A DNA stretch of 64,000 nucleotides from an uncultured Candidatus Marinamargulisbacteria bacterium (GTDB lineage: Bacteria > Margulisbacteria > Riflemargulisbacteria > GWF2-35-9 > DYQY01), in NCBI GenBank assembly GCA_964643725.1, contig CAZXTL010000001.1, positions 129,041 through 193,040 on the forward strand. Direction: 5' to 3'. A program made the position numbers and the translations under genes. The stretch's first letter is position 1. Every line of letters starts with the position of its first letter. Below are positions 8,479-18,554 of the stretch, one piece after another. The notes under the pieces are model-generated. The model saw only the letters and a program-made list of their open reading frames with translations. It did no database searches and was not told the DNA's origin.

Positions 8479-11400
8479 CTATAGGTTCAGGCCTTCTTTT
8501 AAAAGCATACTGATAAGTTCGTTTTGATCTTGTGATTCCCTTTTAGTTATAACAGTTGGTGATAGAAGCTTCTTTTCTGACTGAGCTTTTTGTTTCTTTA
8601 AGTAACTTATAATTTGGTTGAGGCTTTTCTTAACACTTAGTATCTCGGTAAACGATTCACTCTTTAGTTGTTTGATAGATGACTCTGCTTCTTCTTTAAT
8701 AGTGTTGACGTTAGTTAAGGTTTGCTCTAGTTGTTCATAAATTTCTTGCTGTGTTTGTGATTGAATCTTACCTAGATTAATGGATGACTCTGATAGTTGG
8801 TTTTTTTCTGTTCTAAGTTGCTCTTGAAGGATAGTTATTTTATCTAAAGCTTGTTGTAGTTGAGAATTAATAGTGTTTTCTACCATAATCTTTAGTTGTC
8901 TGATGCTTTCTTGTTGGGTTTTCTGGTTTTCTTTTTTGAGGCTATCCATTTCCATTGTATGGCTTTGTTTAATGGATTCGATATTCTTGATGGTGCTATC
9001 TAAATCTGCGAATATACCTGTTTCTAAGGTAGTTTTAATGCCTTTTACTTGGACGATGAGTTTATTAAGTGCCTTCTGTTCGTTTTCAACATCTTTGGTT
9101 ATTTCGTGAATGTTTCTAATAGAGTCATTTTTGATTTCTTCAATGTAGGTTTTCACCGAGGATATTTTCTCTTGTAAGCTAAAGGTAGCTTCTTGTTCTA
9201 ACTTTTGAAATTGTTCCTTATTTTGAGCAAGTAGTTCCTTCTGAGACTTTTCAAAGGAAAGCTTGAAGCCTTGAAGTAACCCAGTAGCCTCATCAATTTG
9301 TTTTTCAGCTTTCTTGTTAATTTCATCCTTTAATTTATTTAAGTCATCCGTAGCTGTTTCAATCATTTGTAGTTTTTCTTCATGTAGTTCTTTTTTGATA
9401 AGTTGTACTTCATGCTGTGTTTCTTGTTTTAGCGCAGTTACTTTGTCTGATGTGATTTGAAGCTGTTGTGCTTGTTCTGTTTTAGAAGTTTTAAGTATTT
9501 CATCTACTTTTTGTCTTATTTGATCATAAAACATTTGTTCGTTTTCAGAAATCTGTTCTTTAGCTAGTTGTAGTTCTTGTTGGTTGGAGGAATTGATTGC
9601 TTTCATTTTATTGAAAAGCTCTTCAATGCTTTTGGTTATCGCCTGATTGGTGCTTGTTTTTATGTCTTCTAGGGTAAGTTCGTTTTGATTTTTAAGTTTC
9701 TTAAATTCTTCATTTATTGCTTGCATATCTTCTGTTTTGTCGATTTCTTTTAATTTGATTTGTAGGAGTTGTAAATCTTTGTAAGTGTTATTTAGCATAT
9801 TGTCTTGGTCAGCATCAAATTTCTTTGTTAACTCTGCTATTTCTGCTTTTGTTTTGTTGCTGAATTCTTCAATATTAGCGAGTACTGTTTTTAGGTTTTC
9901 AGAGCTTTCTTGTTTTGTTTGTTTTGAAATAAAGGTAAGTTCATCAGCAGTGGTTGCTTGAAGTTTAGTTATTTCTTCTTGAATAGTTTCTTTTAACAGA
10001 TTAAGGTCTGTTTTTAGCTCAAGGCTTTGTTCTTTTGCTGACTTTCTGATATCTAATATTTCTTTATTGGCTATAGCAGAAAGTGCGGAAATCTCGGAGG
10101 ATAGTGATGCCTTAACTGTTTCTACTTCAGCTATCGCAGATTTGATGCTGTCTTGGATGTAGTCTTGACTTATTTTAGTGAATTTCTTGAAATTCTCTCT
10201 AGTAGTTCCAGTATCATCAAGCTCTAATAATGCTTTATTTTTTGCTTCATCTATTTCTAGTAATATTTTTGCTTTAAGTTCTTCAGCTGTAGTGTTTATT
10301 GATAGGATTTTTTCAGTTATAAGAATGTTTTTAGCATCAACATCAGCACTAGTTTCTTTTGCTAAAGAAGAGATAGTTTTTTCAAAAGCAGATTGTTTAG
10401 CGACTAAATTTTGTTCAATAGTTTTTAGATTGCCTGAGAATTTAGTGGTTTCATTGTTTATAGTAGTTAGAGATGCACTTGTTTTGGAGTCTATTTCTTT
10501 AATGAAGTTGTCTTTTTCGTCAATAATAATTTTTTTGAAACCTAAGTAGGTAGAGGCAATATCATCTTTCTTAGCAGTAAGGTCTAAGCTGGTTTTTTCC
10601 TTGGATTCCTCTAGTGATTTTTCGAATTTAGAGTGCAGAGAAAGGATGTTTTCTTCCATTGTTTTAAGACTATTGGAGAGATTAATGCTTTCTGTATTAA
10701 TGGAGTTCAGAGAATAGGAAGTTCTTGAATCTATTTCCTTGATTATTTGTTCTTTTTCACCATCTAGGTTTTGTTCAAATCCTGAAAGTTTTTCTAAAAT
10801 TTTAGTGCTGTTAGCTTTTATTTCTAAAATAGTGTCTTCTTGTAAAGACATTATTGTTTCAACAGCACCAGTTTGCGCTTTTTCTAAAATTTGTTCAAAG
10901 GAAGAGTGTTGAGATATAAGATTTTGTTCCATAGCTTCAAGGTTTTCAGAGAATTTATTGCTTTCACTAGTTAATGCTTTAAAAGAGTCTTCTGTTTTTA
11001 AGTCGATTTCTTTTAATAATTCATTTTTGTCTTCAGTAATACTTTTTTTGAATCCTAAGAAAGTAGCAGTAGCTTCTTTATGTAATGAGGAGAGTATTTT
11101 TTCAGAAGATGAATATTGAGATATTATATTTTCTTCTATAGTCTTAAGGTCGGTTGTGAATTTATTATTTTCATTAGTTAATGTAGTCAAAGAAGCGCTT
11201 GTTCGTGAGTCGATTTCTAATATAGTGTTTTTTTGTAATGCGGAAATTGTCTCAGTTGTTTCTGACTGTGATTGTTCAATTGTTTTTTCAAGTTCAAATA
11301 ACTGAGAGCTTAATTCTTTTTTACCTTCTACGATTTCTTGTTTGAACTCAAAGAGTTTATTATTTATTTCTTCATTTTTAGAGGTGATATTAATTATTGT

Positions 11401-12129
11401 TTCGTTTTGTAATGTTTCAATAGTTTCAATTGTTATAGCTTTGGTTTCTTTTATTAATTTTTCAGTTTTAGCGTATTCGTAGTTTATGGTTTCTTTTTCT
11501 TCAGCTATTTCTTTTTTGAGTGTTGCTAGCTGTTCACTAATTTCATCACTTTTAGAGCTTATTTCGATTATGGTTTCTTCTTGGATGGAAGCTAATGTTT
11601 CAATCGCATCAGATTTAGTTTTTTCTATTACGTTTTCAAGTTTAGAGAATTGAGCAGATAAGTTTTCTTCTGCTGATTGTATGGTTTTGGTGATTATTTT
11701 GTTTTCAGTAGCAATCTCATTAACTAATTTATTTTTTTCTTCAGCTATTTCTTGTTTAAATTCAGAAAATTGAGCAGATATTTCCTCGTGAGCTTTCGCT
11801 TTCATTTTGGCAACTATTTCTTCGTAGTGTCTCATTAAATAATTTTCTTGATTTTTAATCTTTCTGATACTAAAAAGTTTTGCTGATTTGAATTTGTTAA
11901 GTTTTTTCTGAAAAGATAGTTGTATGGTTTTTAACATACTTACTTCTTTATCCAGTTGTTTTTTGATTTTTTTAGTTCTATCAATGGTGCTGAATAGGTC
12001 AAAGAAGCTGTGGATTGAGATCTGGTCTCCTTGTTTGGAGATTATTTTTAGGTTAGGGTTTTCAAGTTTAATCGTTCTGTTTTGGTCATTAGCGGTCACT
12101 GTAATAAGTCTTTCTTTTTCTTTTGCCAT
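8479..12129 (-). CDS. giant coiled-coil protein (1216 aa) with internal about 70-aa tandem modules
   Basis: The sequence is heptad-like and E/K/Q/L/I-rich throughout. It contains repeated units such as KEIDSRTSASLTTLTNENNKF...LKTIEENIISQYSS (seen 4-5 times). The N-terminal about 60 aa, ITVTANDQNRTIKLENPNLKIISKQGDQISIHSFFDLF, is non-coiled. Confidence 0.6.
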   Translation of the reverse strand: MAKEKERLITVTANDQNRTIKLENPNLKIISKQGDQISIHSFFDLFSTIDRTKKIKKQLDKEVSMLKTIQLSFQKKLNKFKSAKLFSIRKIKNQENYLMRHYEEIVAKMKAKAHEEISAQFSEFKQEIAEEKNKLVNEIATENKIITKTIQSAEENLSAQFSKLENVIEKTKSDAIETLASIQEETIIEISSKSDEISEQLATLKKEIAEEKETINYEYAKTEKLIKETKAITIETIETLQNETIINITSKNEEINNKLFEFKQEIVEGKKELSSQLFELEKTIEQSQSETTETISALQKNTILEIDSRTSASLTTLTNENNKFTTDLKTIEENIISQYSSSEKILSSLHKEATATFLGFKKSITEDKNELLKEIDLKTEDSFKALTSESNKFSENLEAMEQNLISQHSSFEQILEKAQTGAVETIMSLQEDTILEIKANSTKILEKLSGFEQNLDGEKEQIIKEIDSRTSYSLNSINTESINLSNSLKTMEENILSLHSKFEKSLEESKEKTSLDLTAKKDDIASTYLGFKKIIIDEKDNFIKEIDSKTSASLTTINNETTKFSGNLKTIEQNLVAKQSAFEKTISSLAKETSADVDAKNILITEKILSINTTAEELKAKILLEIDEAKNKALLELDDTGTTRENFKKFTKISQDYIQDSIKSAIAEVETVKASLSSEISALSAIANKEILDIRKSAKEQSLELKTDLNLLKETIQEEITKLQATTADELTFISKQTKQESSENLKTVLANIEEFSNKTKAEIAELTKKFDADQDNMLNNTYKDLQLLQIKLKEIDKTEDMQAINEEFKKLKNQNELTLEDIKTSTNQAITKSIEELFNKMKAINSSNQQELQLAKEQISENEQMFYDQIRQKVDEILKTSKTEQAQQLQITSDKVTALKQETQHEVQLIKKELHEEKLQMIETATDDLNKLKDEINKKAEKQIDEATGLLQGFKLSFEKSQKELLAQNKEQFQKLEQEATFSLQEKISSVKTYIEEIKNDSIRNIHEITKDVENEQKALNKLIVQVKGIKTTLETGIFADLDSTIKNIESIKQSHTMEMDSLKKENQKTQQESIRQLKIMVENTINSQLQQALDKITILQEQLRTEKNQLSESSINLGKIQSQTQQEIYEQLEQTLTNVNTIKEEAESSIKQLKSESFTEILSVKKSLNQIISYLKKQKAQSEKKLLSPTVITKRESQDQNELISMLLKEGLNL

Positions 12130-12219
12130 TATTACCCTCTGTTTTTGTTAATGAGCCAATTTAATTATTATACTATATATAAGGGTCGATGAACAAATAA
12201 TATGGTGCGATTGAAATTG

Positions 12220-13053
12220 CTAAATTAAAGGTGGATTTGAGTTTAGAAAATCTTTGTAAGCTACTGGTCGTTTGCCTTCTTTTTGAATTGTTATTATTTC
12301 CAAAGCATTGTTTGATATTTTAATGTTAGTTATTTTTATTCTTTGGTTATTTTGGTACGTATAAATGCCAGGCCAAGGATAGTATGCTTGGAATTTATTG
12401 TAAATTATTTTTGCTGTTTCTTTAGTAAAATCAATACATCCATCTTCTTTCTTTATTTTCTTGGTAAAAGAAGCGTCTTTATTGTTTTGAGGAAGGTAAG
12501 TCCATAATTCTTTTTGGTTGAGTTGCTTTTCTAGTAAGCTGATGCTTAACTTCTCAAGTTTATTAAATAAACTCTCTGTTGTTTCTTCTTCTGAAATAGT
12601 TATTTGTTCGACATGGATTATGTCTCCATCATCTATTCCTTTGCCAATTTTCATTAAAGTCACGCCTGTTGTTTTATCGCCGTTAAGTAGGCAGGACTGA
12701 ATAGGTGATGGGCCTCTATATTTTGGTAATAAGGAAGTATGGATATTTATAAAATCATATGTTTCCACCAAATCAGCAGGGAAAATCATTCCAAAGGCAA
12801 TGACTAGGCAAAGGTTAGGCGCTTCTTTTTGTAAGATATCTTTTAGCTCAATAATATTATTAGGTTTGAAAAGTGGTATTTTGTTTATTTCAGCAACTAA
12901 GGCAACTTCTGATTGAGAGATAGCATGGCCACGGTCTTGTTTTTTGTCTGTGCCAGTGATTACACCAGCGATATTTATCCCATTTTCAATAAGTCCTTGA
13001 AGGATGTTTGCAGAAAAAGCAGGAGTGCCTAAAAAGAATAATTTAGTAATCAT
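12220..13053 (-). CDS. fmt: methionyl-tRNA formyltransferase
   Basis: Fmt motifs are present: IHTSLLPKYRGPSPIQ and a formyl-transferase N-terminal fold pattern. It lies immediately downstream of def. Confidence 0.85.
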   Translation of the reverse strand: MITKLFFLGTPAFSANILQGLIENGINIAGVITGTDKKQDRGHAISQSEVALVAEINKIPLFKPNNIIELKDILQKEAPNLCLVIAFGMIFPADLVETYDFINIHTSLLPKYRGPSPIQSCLLNGDKTTGVTLMKIGKGIDDGDIIHVEQITISEEETTESLFNKLEKLSISLLEKQLNQKELWTYLPQNNKDASFTKKIKKEDGCIDFTKETAKIIYNKFQAYYPWPGIYTYQNNQRIKITNIKISNNALEIITIQKEGKRPVAYKDFLNSNPPLI

Positions 13054-13544
13054 ATTGTTTCTTGATGTTCTTGGTCATCAACTGATTTTGTCGTTCCTTC
13101 AATTGCCTTGTCTATATAGAGCTTCCCTTCTAGGTGATCGATTTCGTGTTGGAAAGCAACAGCGTGGTAGGCTTCAGCTGTGATTTTAATATCCTTAAAG
13201 TTTTGATCTTTTCCTGTGATTGTGACTTTTTGGAATCTTTTCACGTCACCTTCCAGTCCAGGTACACTTAAACAGCCTTCAGTAAAAATAATTTCACCTT
13301 CTTTTTTAGTTATTTTCGGGTTAATTATAATGTTTAGTTCATTTCTTTTATCGCTAGTATCAACAGCGATTACTCTTAATGGTTCTCCTATTTGTATTGC
13401 TGCGAGCCCACATCCATTGGCGGAATACATAGTGTCAGTCATATCTTTTATTAATTTTTTGATTTTATCAGTTAAAGCTGTAACAGGTTTGCTTTTCTTT
13501 TTTAATAAAGGATTGCCTATTGTTAGTATTTTTTTTTCTGTCAT
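13050..13544 (-). CDS. def: peptide deformylase
   Basis: All three PDF motifs are present: GLAAIQIG, EGCLSVPG, HEIDHLEG. Confidence 0.9.
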   Translation of the reverse strand: MTEKKILTIGNPLLKKKSKPVTALTDKIKKLIKDMTDTMYSANGCGLAAIQIGEPLRVIAVDTSDKRNELNIIINPKITKKEGEIIFTEGCLSVPGLEGDVKRFQKVTITGKDQNFKDIKITAEAYHAVAFQHEIDHLEGKLYIDKAIEGTTKSVDDQEHQETI

Positions 13545-13550
13545 TGATAA

Positions 13551-14297
13551 TTACTCGTTCTGTTCATCTCTTTTTTCTTTGATCTTAAAAATCATGATAC
13601 CAGCGGATACGCCAGCATTCAAGCTATCTATAGTTGCAGTGATGGGAATCTTTATCAGAAAATCACATTTTTCTTTAACTAGTCTAGTTATTCCTTTACC
13701 TTCATTCCCTATTACCAAGGCTACTCCCATGTCATAGTCTTGCTCTGTGTAGCTAGTTTCTGCATTCATATCTGTGCCAATAACCCAAACGTTAAGTTTC
13801 TTTAAGGTTTCTATAGCGCTAGCGATGTTGGGGACTTTGGCAATTAATATTTGCTCAATGGCTCCTGTGCTAACCTTAGAAACAATAGGTGTTATTTCAG
13901 CTTGTTTTGTTTTAGGTACGATAATCCCATGTACACCTGCCGCAACTGCAGTACGAGCAATTGAACCAAAATTATGAGGGTCTTCAATGCCATCCAAGAT
14001 TATAATAAAAGGTTGTTCGCCAAGTTCCTGCGCAAATTCTACAATTTCTTCAACTTCTACGAATTGTCGTTTTGGTATGTAAGCAAGAACTCCTTGGTGT
14101 TTAACATTCCTACATTTCATATCAAGGTCCTTTTGTTCAACAAGTCGATAAGGAATATGGTTATCTACTGCTATTTCGATAATAGCACTGATGCGTTCAT
14201 CGTGTTTTGAGCTTTTATTAATTAATAGTTGGTGTGTTTTCTGACCGGAAAGAAGCAGTTGTAGTACTGCATTCTTGCCAACAACGAGATTATTCAT
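13551..14297 (-). CDS. rlmB: TrmH/SpoU-family 23S rRNA (guanosine-2'-O)-methyltransferase, RlmB-like
   Basis: SpoU methylase motifs are present: ILDGIEDPHNFGSIARTA, VIGNEGKGI, SLNAGVSAGI. Confidence 0.7.
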   Translation of the reverse strand: MNNLVVGKNAVLQLLLSGQKTHQLLINKSSKHDERISAIIEIAVDNHIPYRLVEQKDLDMKCRNVKHQGVLAYIPKRQFVEVEEIVEFAQELGEQPFIIILDGIEDPHNFGSIARTAVAAGVHGIIVPKTKQAEITPIVSKVSTGAIEQILIAKVPNIASAIETLKKLNVWVIGTDMNAETSYTEQDYDMGVALVIGNEGKGITRLVKEKCDFLIKIPITATIDSLNAGVSAGIMIFKIKEKRDEQNE

Positions 14298-15571
14298 TAA
14301 AGACTTTCCTTAATGGAGCTGATAAAGATATCAATAGCTTCTTTAGCTTGTGATTTTGTGATAATAAGCGCTGGGATTAAACGAATGACTTGGTCATTGT
14401 CACCGCAGCTAATTAGAATAAGACCTTTTTCAAGGGCTTTTAGTTTGATTTTTTTGACTATGTCAGAATCTGGCTCTTTAGTTGTAGGGTTTATGAATTC
14501 AACACCTATCATTAGTCCTACTCCTCGAACATCTCCGATAACTGGTAGACTTTTTTTAGCTTCGTTAAGAAGTGATGATATTAGCTTTCCAGTCTCGTAG
14601 GCATTATCAAGCATGCCTTCTTCCTCAATTGCATCTATTGTGGCAAGCGAGGCAGCGCAAGATACTGGATTGCCGATATAGGTTCCTCCATGTGCGCTGG
14701 TAGTCCATTTATCCATTAATTCTTTTTTGGCAACACAAGCGCCTAATGGCATTCCAGAAGCAATCCCTTTAGCAAGCGCTACTATGTCTGGGACAACATC
14801 ATAGTGTTCCATGGCAAACATAGTTCCAGTACGGCCAAAACCTGATTGAACTTCGTCAAAAATCAATAGAATCCCGTTCTTTTCGGTAAATTTTCTTAGT
14901 TCTTGGATAAACTCTACAGGAGCAGGAACATAACCGCCTTCGCCTAGGATAGGTTCAATTATAACTGCAGCGATATCGTTATTTTCAATAATTGCTTTTT
15001 TGAAACTAGCAATACATTGAAATACGTATTCTCTGTATTCGATAGTATTGTTATGAAAGTGGTAAGGATATTCAAGACGGATGATGTCCTCTATCAGCCA
15101 GCCCTCATAGCCTTTTTTATATTTTTCTTTGTATGTAACTGATAACGCTCCTAAGGTTCTGCCATGAAAGGCGTGAGTAAAGGCAATAATTTTGCTTTTT
15201 TTAGTTACGTATTTAGCAAGCTTGAGGCTAGCTTCAACTGCCTCTGACCCACTTTGAGAGAAGACAACAGATGCTTCTTTAAAAGGTAGCAACTTTACTA
15301 AGCGTTCAGCGAGTTTAACGTGAGGTTCATAGTGAGCAATGCCTGCACAAATGTGTATTAGTTGAGATGCTTGTCTAGTAATAGCTTTGACTACTTTTGG
15401 GTGACAATGTCCTGTGTTAGTTACCCCAATGCCACAGGTAAAATCTATATATCTTTTACCGTCCGTATCAAAAAGGTAAATGCCTTGGCCACTGACAACT
15501 TCCAAATCAGGAAAATATTTTCCTAATACAGGAGAGATGTATTTTATAGCTTTTTCTTTTAGTATTCCCAT
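14297..15571 (-). CDS. class III PLP-dependent aminotransferase (acetylornithine/4-aminobutyrate aminotransferase family)
   Basis: Class III aminotransferase motifs are present: DEVQSGFGRTG, LAKGIASGMPLG, SGSEAVEASLKLA. Confidence 0.8.
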   Translation of the reverse strand: MGILKEKAIKYISPVLGKYFPDLEVVSGQGIYLFDTDGKRYIDFTCGIGVTNTGHCHPKVVKAITRQASQLIHICAGIAHYEPHVKLAERLVKLLPFKEASVVFSQSGSEAVEASLKLAKYVTKKSKIIAFTHAFHGRTLGALSVTYKEKYKKGYEGWLIEDIIRLEYPYHFHNNTIEYREYVFQCIASFKKAIIENNDIAAVIIEPILGEGGYVPAPVEFIQELRKFTEKNGILLIFDEVQSGFGRTGTMFAMEHYDVVPDIVALAKGIASGMPLGACVAKKELMDKWTTSAHGGTYIGNPVSCAASLATIDAIEEEGMLDNAYETGKLISSLLNEAKKSLPVIGDVRGVGLMIGVEFINPTTKEPDSDIVKKIKLKALEKGLILISCGDNDQVIRLIPALIITKSQAKEAIDIFISSIKESL

Positions 15572-15639
15572 GAGGGTATTATACCGTTTAATGGTTTACT
15601 TCGACAATGCTCAGTACAGGCATTGGTTTAATGACAGAA

Positions 15640-18393
15640 TTACTTTTCTAGTGTCTCTTGTACCTTAGCGTTTAGAGTTACTAACGTAAATGGTTTTTCT
15701 ATAAAGTGGATATCTTTCTCTAGTACGCCATGTTTTGCTATTACATCAGCAGTATATCCAGACATAAATAAGCATTTAATGTTTGGATAAATTGAACGTA
15801 TTTTTATAGATAGTTCTCTGCCATTCATTTTAGGCATAATCAAGTCTGTAATTAGTAAGTCAATCAATGGCTTTGATTGTATTATTTTAAGTGCTTCTTC
15901 TGCTGATTCAGCTGGAATAACGATATGTCCTTGTAACTCTAACATGCCGACGGTCATTTCTCTTACCATTGGCTCGTCCTCAACCAGCAGTATCGTTTTT
16001 TTGTCACAGGTGGGCGTTGGGGTTTTTAATACTTTTGTTTTTTTGCTACCTTCTGATATTTCACCAGCATGATTTGGTAAATAAACATTGAAGGTTGTGC
16101 CTGTTCCAACTGTGCTAGTTACTGTAATGAAGCCATTATTCTGTTTTAAGATACCGTAAATCGTTGATAGTCCAAGACCTGTTCCTTTGCCAAGTCCTTT
16201 GGTAGTAAAGAAAGGTTCAAAGATTTTAGAAATTGTTTCTTTATCCATGCCGCATCCATTGTCAGTAATTGTTAATTGAACATAACTTCCCGGAAGGTAA
16301 TCGGTGTTTTCTTGGCAGTATGTTTTATCAAAGCAGACAATGTCTGTTTTGATTGATATTTCTCCATTGTTTTTAATAGCTTCTTTGGCGTTTATACATA
16401 GATTTGCAAGTATTTGGTCAAGTTGGGAGGGGTCAATTTTTATAGTATCTACGTTTTTGTTAGGTTTCCATGTAAGTTCTATGTTCTCACCAACTAGGCT
16501 TTTTAGTAAACTCATCATTTCTAAAATGGTTTTATTTAAATTGAGTATTTTTGGAGACATTGTTTGTTTGCGCGCAAAAGTAAGAAGTTGTTTCGTAAGA
16601 TTAGCAGAACGTTCTGCCGCGTTTTTGATTTGTATAAGGCTATTAAATAATGGGTTATTCCTATCTGTTTTTTTAAGTAAAAGTTCTGTTTGTCCTAGGA
16701 TTACACCAAGCATATTATTAAAGTCATGGGCAATTCCGCCGGCAAGTTGTCCTACTGAGTCCATCTTTTGTGATTGAGCAAGTTGCACTTGAACCTTTGC
16801 ATGTTCTTTTTCGGCAATTTTTTGATCGGTGATGTCAATTGAAAATCCTAGCAAAAATTCTGCCTCGCCAGATTTGTTAAGTACTGGTACCTTTAGTGTT
16901 CTTAGTATTCTTTCTCCTTTATCATGTGTTTGGATTGGTTCTTCTGAGATGTCTATATTTTCTTTTTTAGATAAAGTTTCTCGGTCTTTCTTAATAAAGA
17001 ATTCAGCTTGTTCTTTGGGGAAGAAGTCATAGTCGTTTTTGCCTAGAAGCTCTTCTTTTGTAATCCCAAGCAGTTTTTCGCCGGTGCGATTCATTAGCGC
17101 GAACCTTAATTCTTTAGCGTCTTTTAGAAATAACATTACAGGAAGGCTTTCGACGACGTACTCAAAAAGTCGTTTTTCTTGAAACATAGCTTTTTCATTG
17201 TTCTTACGTTCAGTAATATCAATAGCATAGCCGGTTGTTCCAAGTATTTCACCATTGTTATTAAAGACAGGTTGCTTAAAGGTTTCAAACCATCTGATTT
17301 CTCCTTTATGAAGGATTTGTTCTTCTACAATAGATGATAGTTTTGTTTCTATAATTTTATTATCATCATCAACGTATTTCTGGGCTAATTCCTTGGGCCA
17401 AATATCAAAATCAGTTTTGCCTAAAACAAGGGTAGGATTATTTATATTACAGGCGTCAGCAAAAGATTGATTTACAGAAAGGAATTGACCATTTTCGTTT
17501 TTTAACCACATTAATCCAGGTTGGTTTTCAATAATGGTTCTTAAATAGGATTCTCTTAGACGTGTGTCATTTTCAATATTTTTATTTTCAGTTATGTCAG
17601 ACACAATGGATGCTATGGAAAATCCTTTACTTGTTGGAATTATGGAAGTAGAGCTATTAATAATAGCCTTAGCTCCATTTGATCTAACGATAGCAACATT
17701 GTGATGAGAGTAATTATCTGCGGATTTACCGTTGAGAATATCTAGTGTATTTGTTTTAAGTTGTTCATACAAGGCAGGAGTTTTGTGCTCAGGCGGAACA
17801 AATTGGTATTGTATGTCCCATAAATACTGATCAATAGCTTCTTTTTTTATTAATCCAAATGTCTTCTCAGAAGACTGGTTCCAGATTGTAATTTTCCCTT
17901 CCTCATCTGTTTTGATTACTGCATCTTTTATGTTTTCAACTAGAAGCCTATAATTGTTTTCGTTTTCAATGACAGCTGTCTCTGCTTTTTTGTATTCGGT
18001 TATATCTCTAAGCATAGACTGATAAAGACCAGAAGCCATTAATTTGCTGGACATTTCAACTATTCTTTTTGTTTTGTCAGAGAGAAGAATTGTTCGAACG
18101 GTTGTGATAATTTGTCCTTTGTTGAGTAAGTCAAAGCGGAAAGGGTTTTCAATAAGGCATTCCTTTTCCCATGGTAAATCTTTTATGTGTTTGTTTAATA
18201 TTTTTGAAGCTGTATTAAGCCCAAACATATTGAAAAGGGCGGGATTAGCATAAATAATGATACCCTTTGAATTACCAATAATTATTCCGTTAGGGGATAA
18301 ATTAATTATTTCTTCGTACATTAATTTATCGATTTGTGGGTTTGTGTTTAGTTTTTTTATTTTGAAGACATTGTTTATGATGGATTTTAACAT
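15640..18393 (-). CDS. cytoplasmic multi-PAS hybrid sensor histidine kinase with C-terminal receiver domain
   Basis: Several PAS-like repeats are followed by a HisKA H-box (GIAHDFNNMLGVI), HATPase G-boxes (GTGLGLSTIYGI) and a receiver domain (ILLVEDEP...LITDLIMP...K). No TM segment is present. Confidence 0.8.
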   Translation of the reverse strand: MLKSIINNVFKIKKLNTNPQIDKLMYEEIINLSPNGIIIGNSKGIIIYANPALFNMFGLNTASKILNKHIKDLPWEKECLIENPFRFDLLNKGQIITTVRTILLSDKTKRIVEMSSKLMASGLYQSMLRDITEYKKAETAVIENENNYRLLVENIKDAVIKTDEEGKITIWNQSSEKTFGLIKKEAIDQYLWDIQYQFVPPEHKTPALYEQLKTNTLDILNGKSADNYSHHNVAIVRSNGAKAIINSSTSIIPTSKGFSIASIVSDITENKNIENDTRLRESYLRTIIENQPGLMWLKNENGQFLSVNQSFADACNINNPTLVLGKTDFDIWPKELAQKYVDDDNKIIETKLSSIVEEQILHKGEIRWFETFKQPVFNNNGEILGTTGYAIDITERKNNEKAMFQEKRLFEYVVESLPVMLFLKDAKELRFALMNRTGEKLLGITKEELLGKNDYDFFPKEQAEFFIKKDRETLSKKENIDISEEPIQTHDKGERILRTLKVPVLNKSGEAEFLLGFSIDITDQKIAEKEHAKVQVQLAQSQKMDSVGQLAGGIAHDFNNMLGVILGQTELLLKKTDRNNPLFNSLIQIKNAAERSANLTKQLLTFARKQTMSPKILNLNKTILEMMSLLKSLVGENIELTWKPNKNVDTIKIDPSQLDQILANLCINAKEAIKNNGEISIKTDIVCFDKTYCQENTDYLPGSYVQLTITDNGCGMDKETISKIFEPFFTTKGLGKGTGLGLSTIYGILKQNNGFITVTSTVGTGTTFNVYLPNHAGEISEGSKKTKVLKTPTPTCDKKTILLVEDEPMVREMTVGMLELQGHIVIPAESAEEALKIIQSKPLIDLLITDLIMPKMNGRELSIKIRSIYPNIKCLFMSGYTADVIAKHGVLEKDIHFIEKPFTLVTLNAKVQETLEK

Positions 18394-18554
18394 ATGTTAC
18401 TTCTTTCACTATAAACATCAAATAAAAATAGAATTGTGATTTATTTACGTAACTTGATTATATAGGAGTAGTTTCATTAAAGTCAAATCTTCGGGAGAAT
18501 ATAGCTATAAATTCATATATTGCTTTATAATAAAGGATAATATGGGAGAAAATT

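Noticed and set aside
8476-8481. Expected intergenic terminator between convergent genes 6463-8478 (+) and 8479-12129 (-)
   Set aside because: The two stop codons are directly adjacent with zero spacer. No room for a hairpin exists, so no terminator is called.
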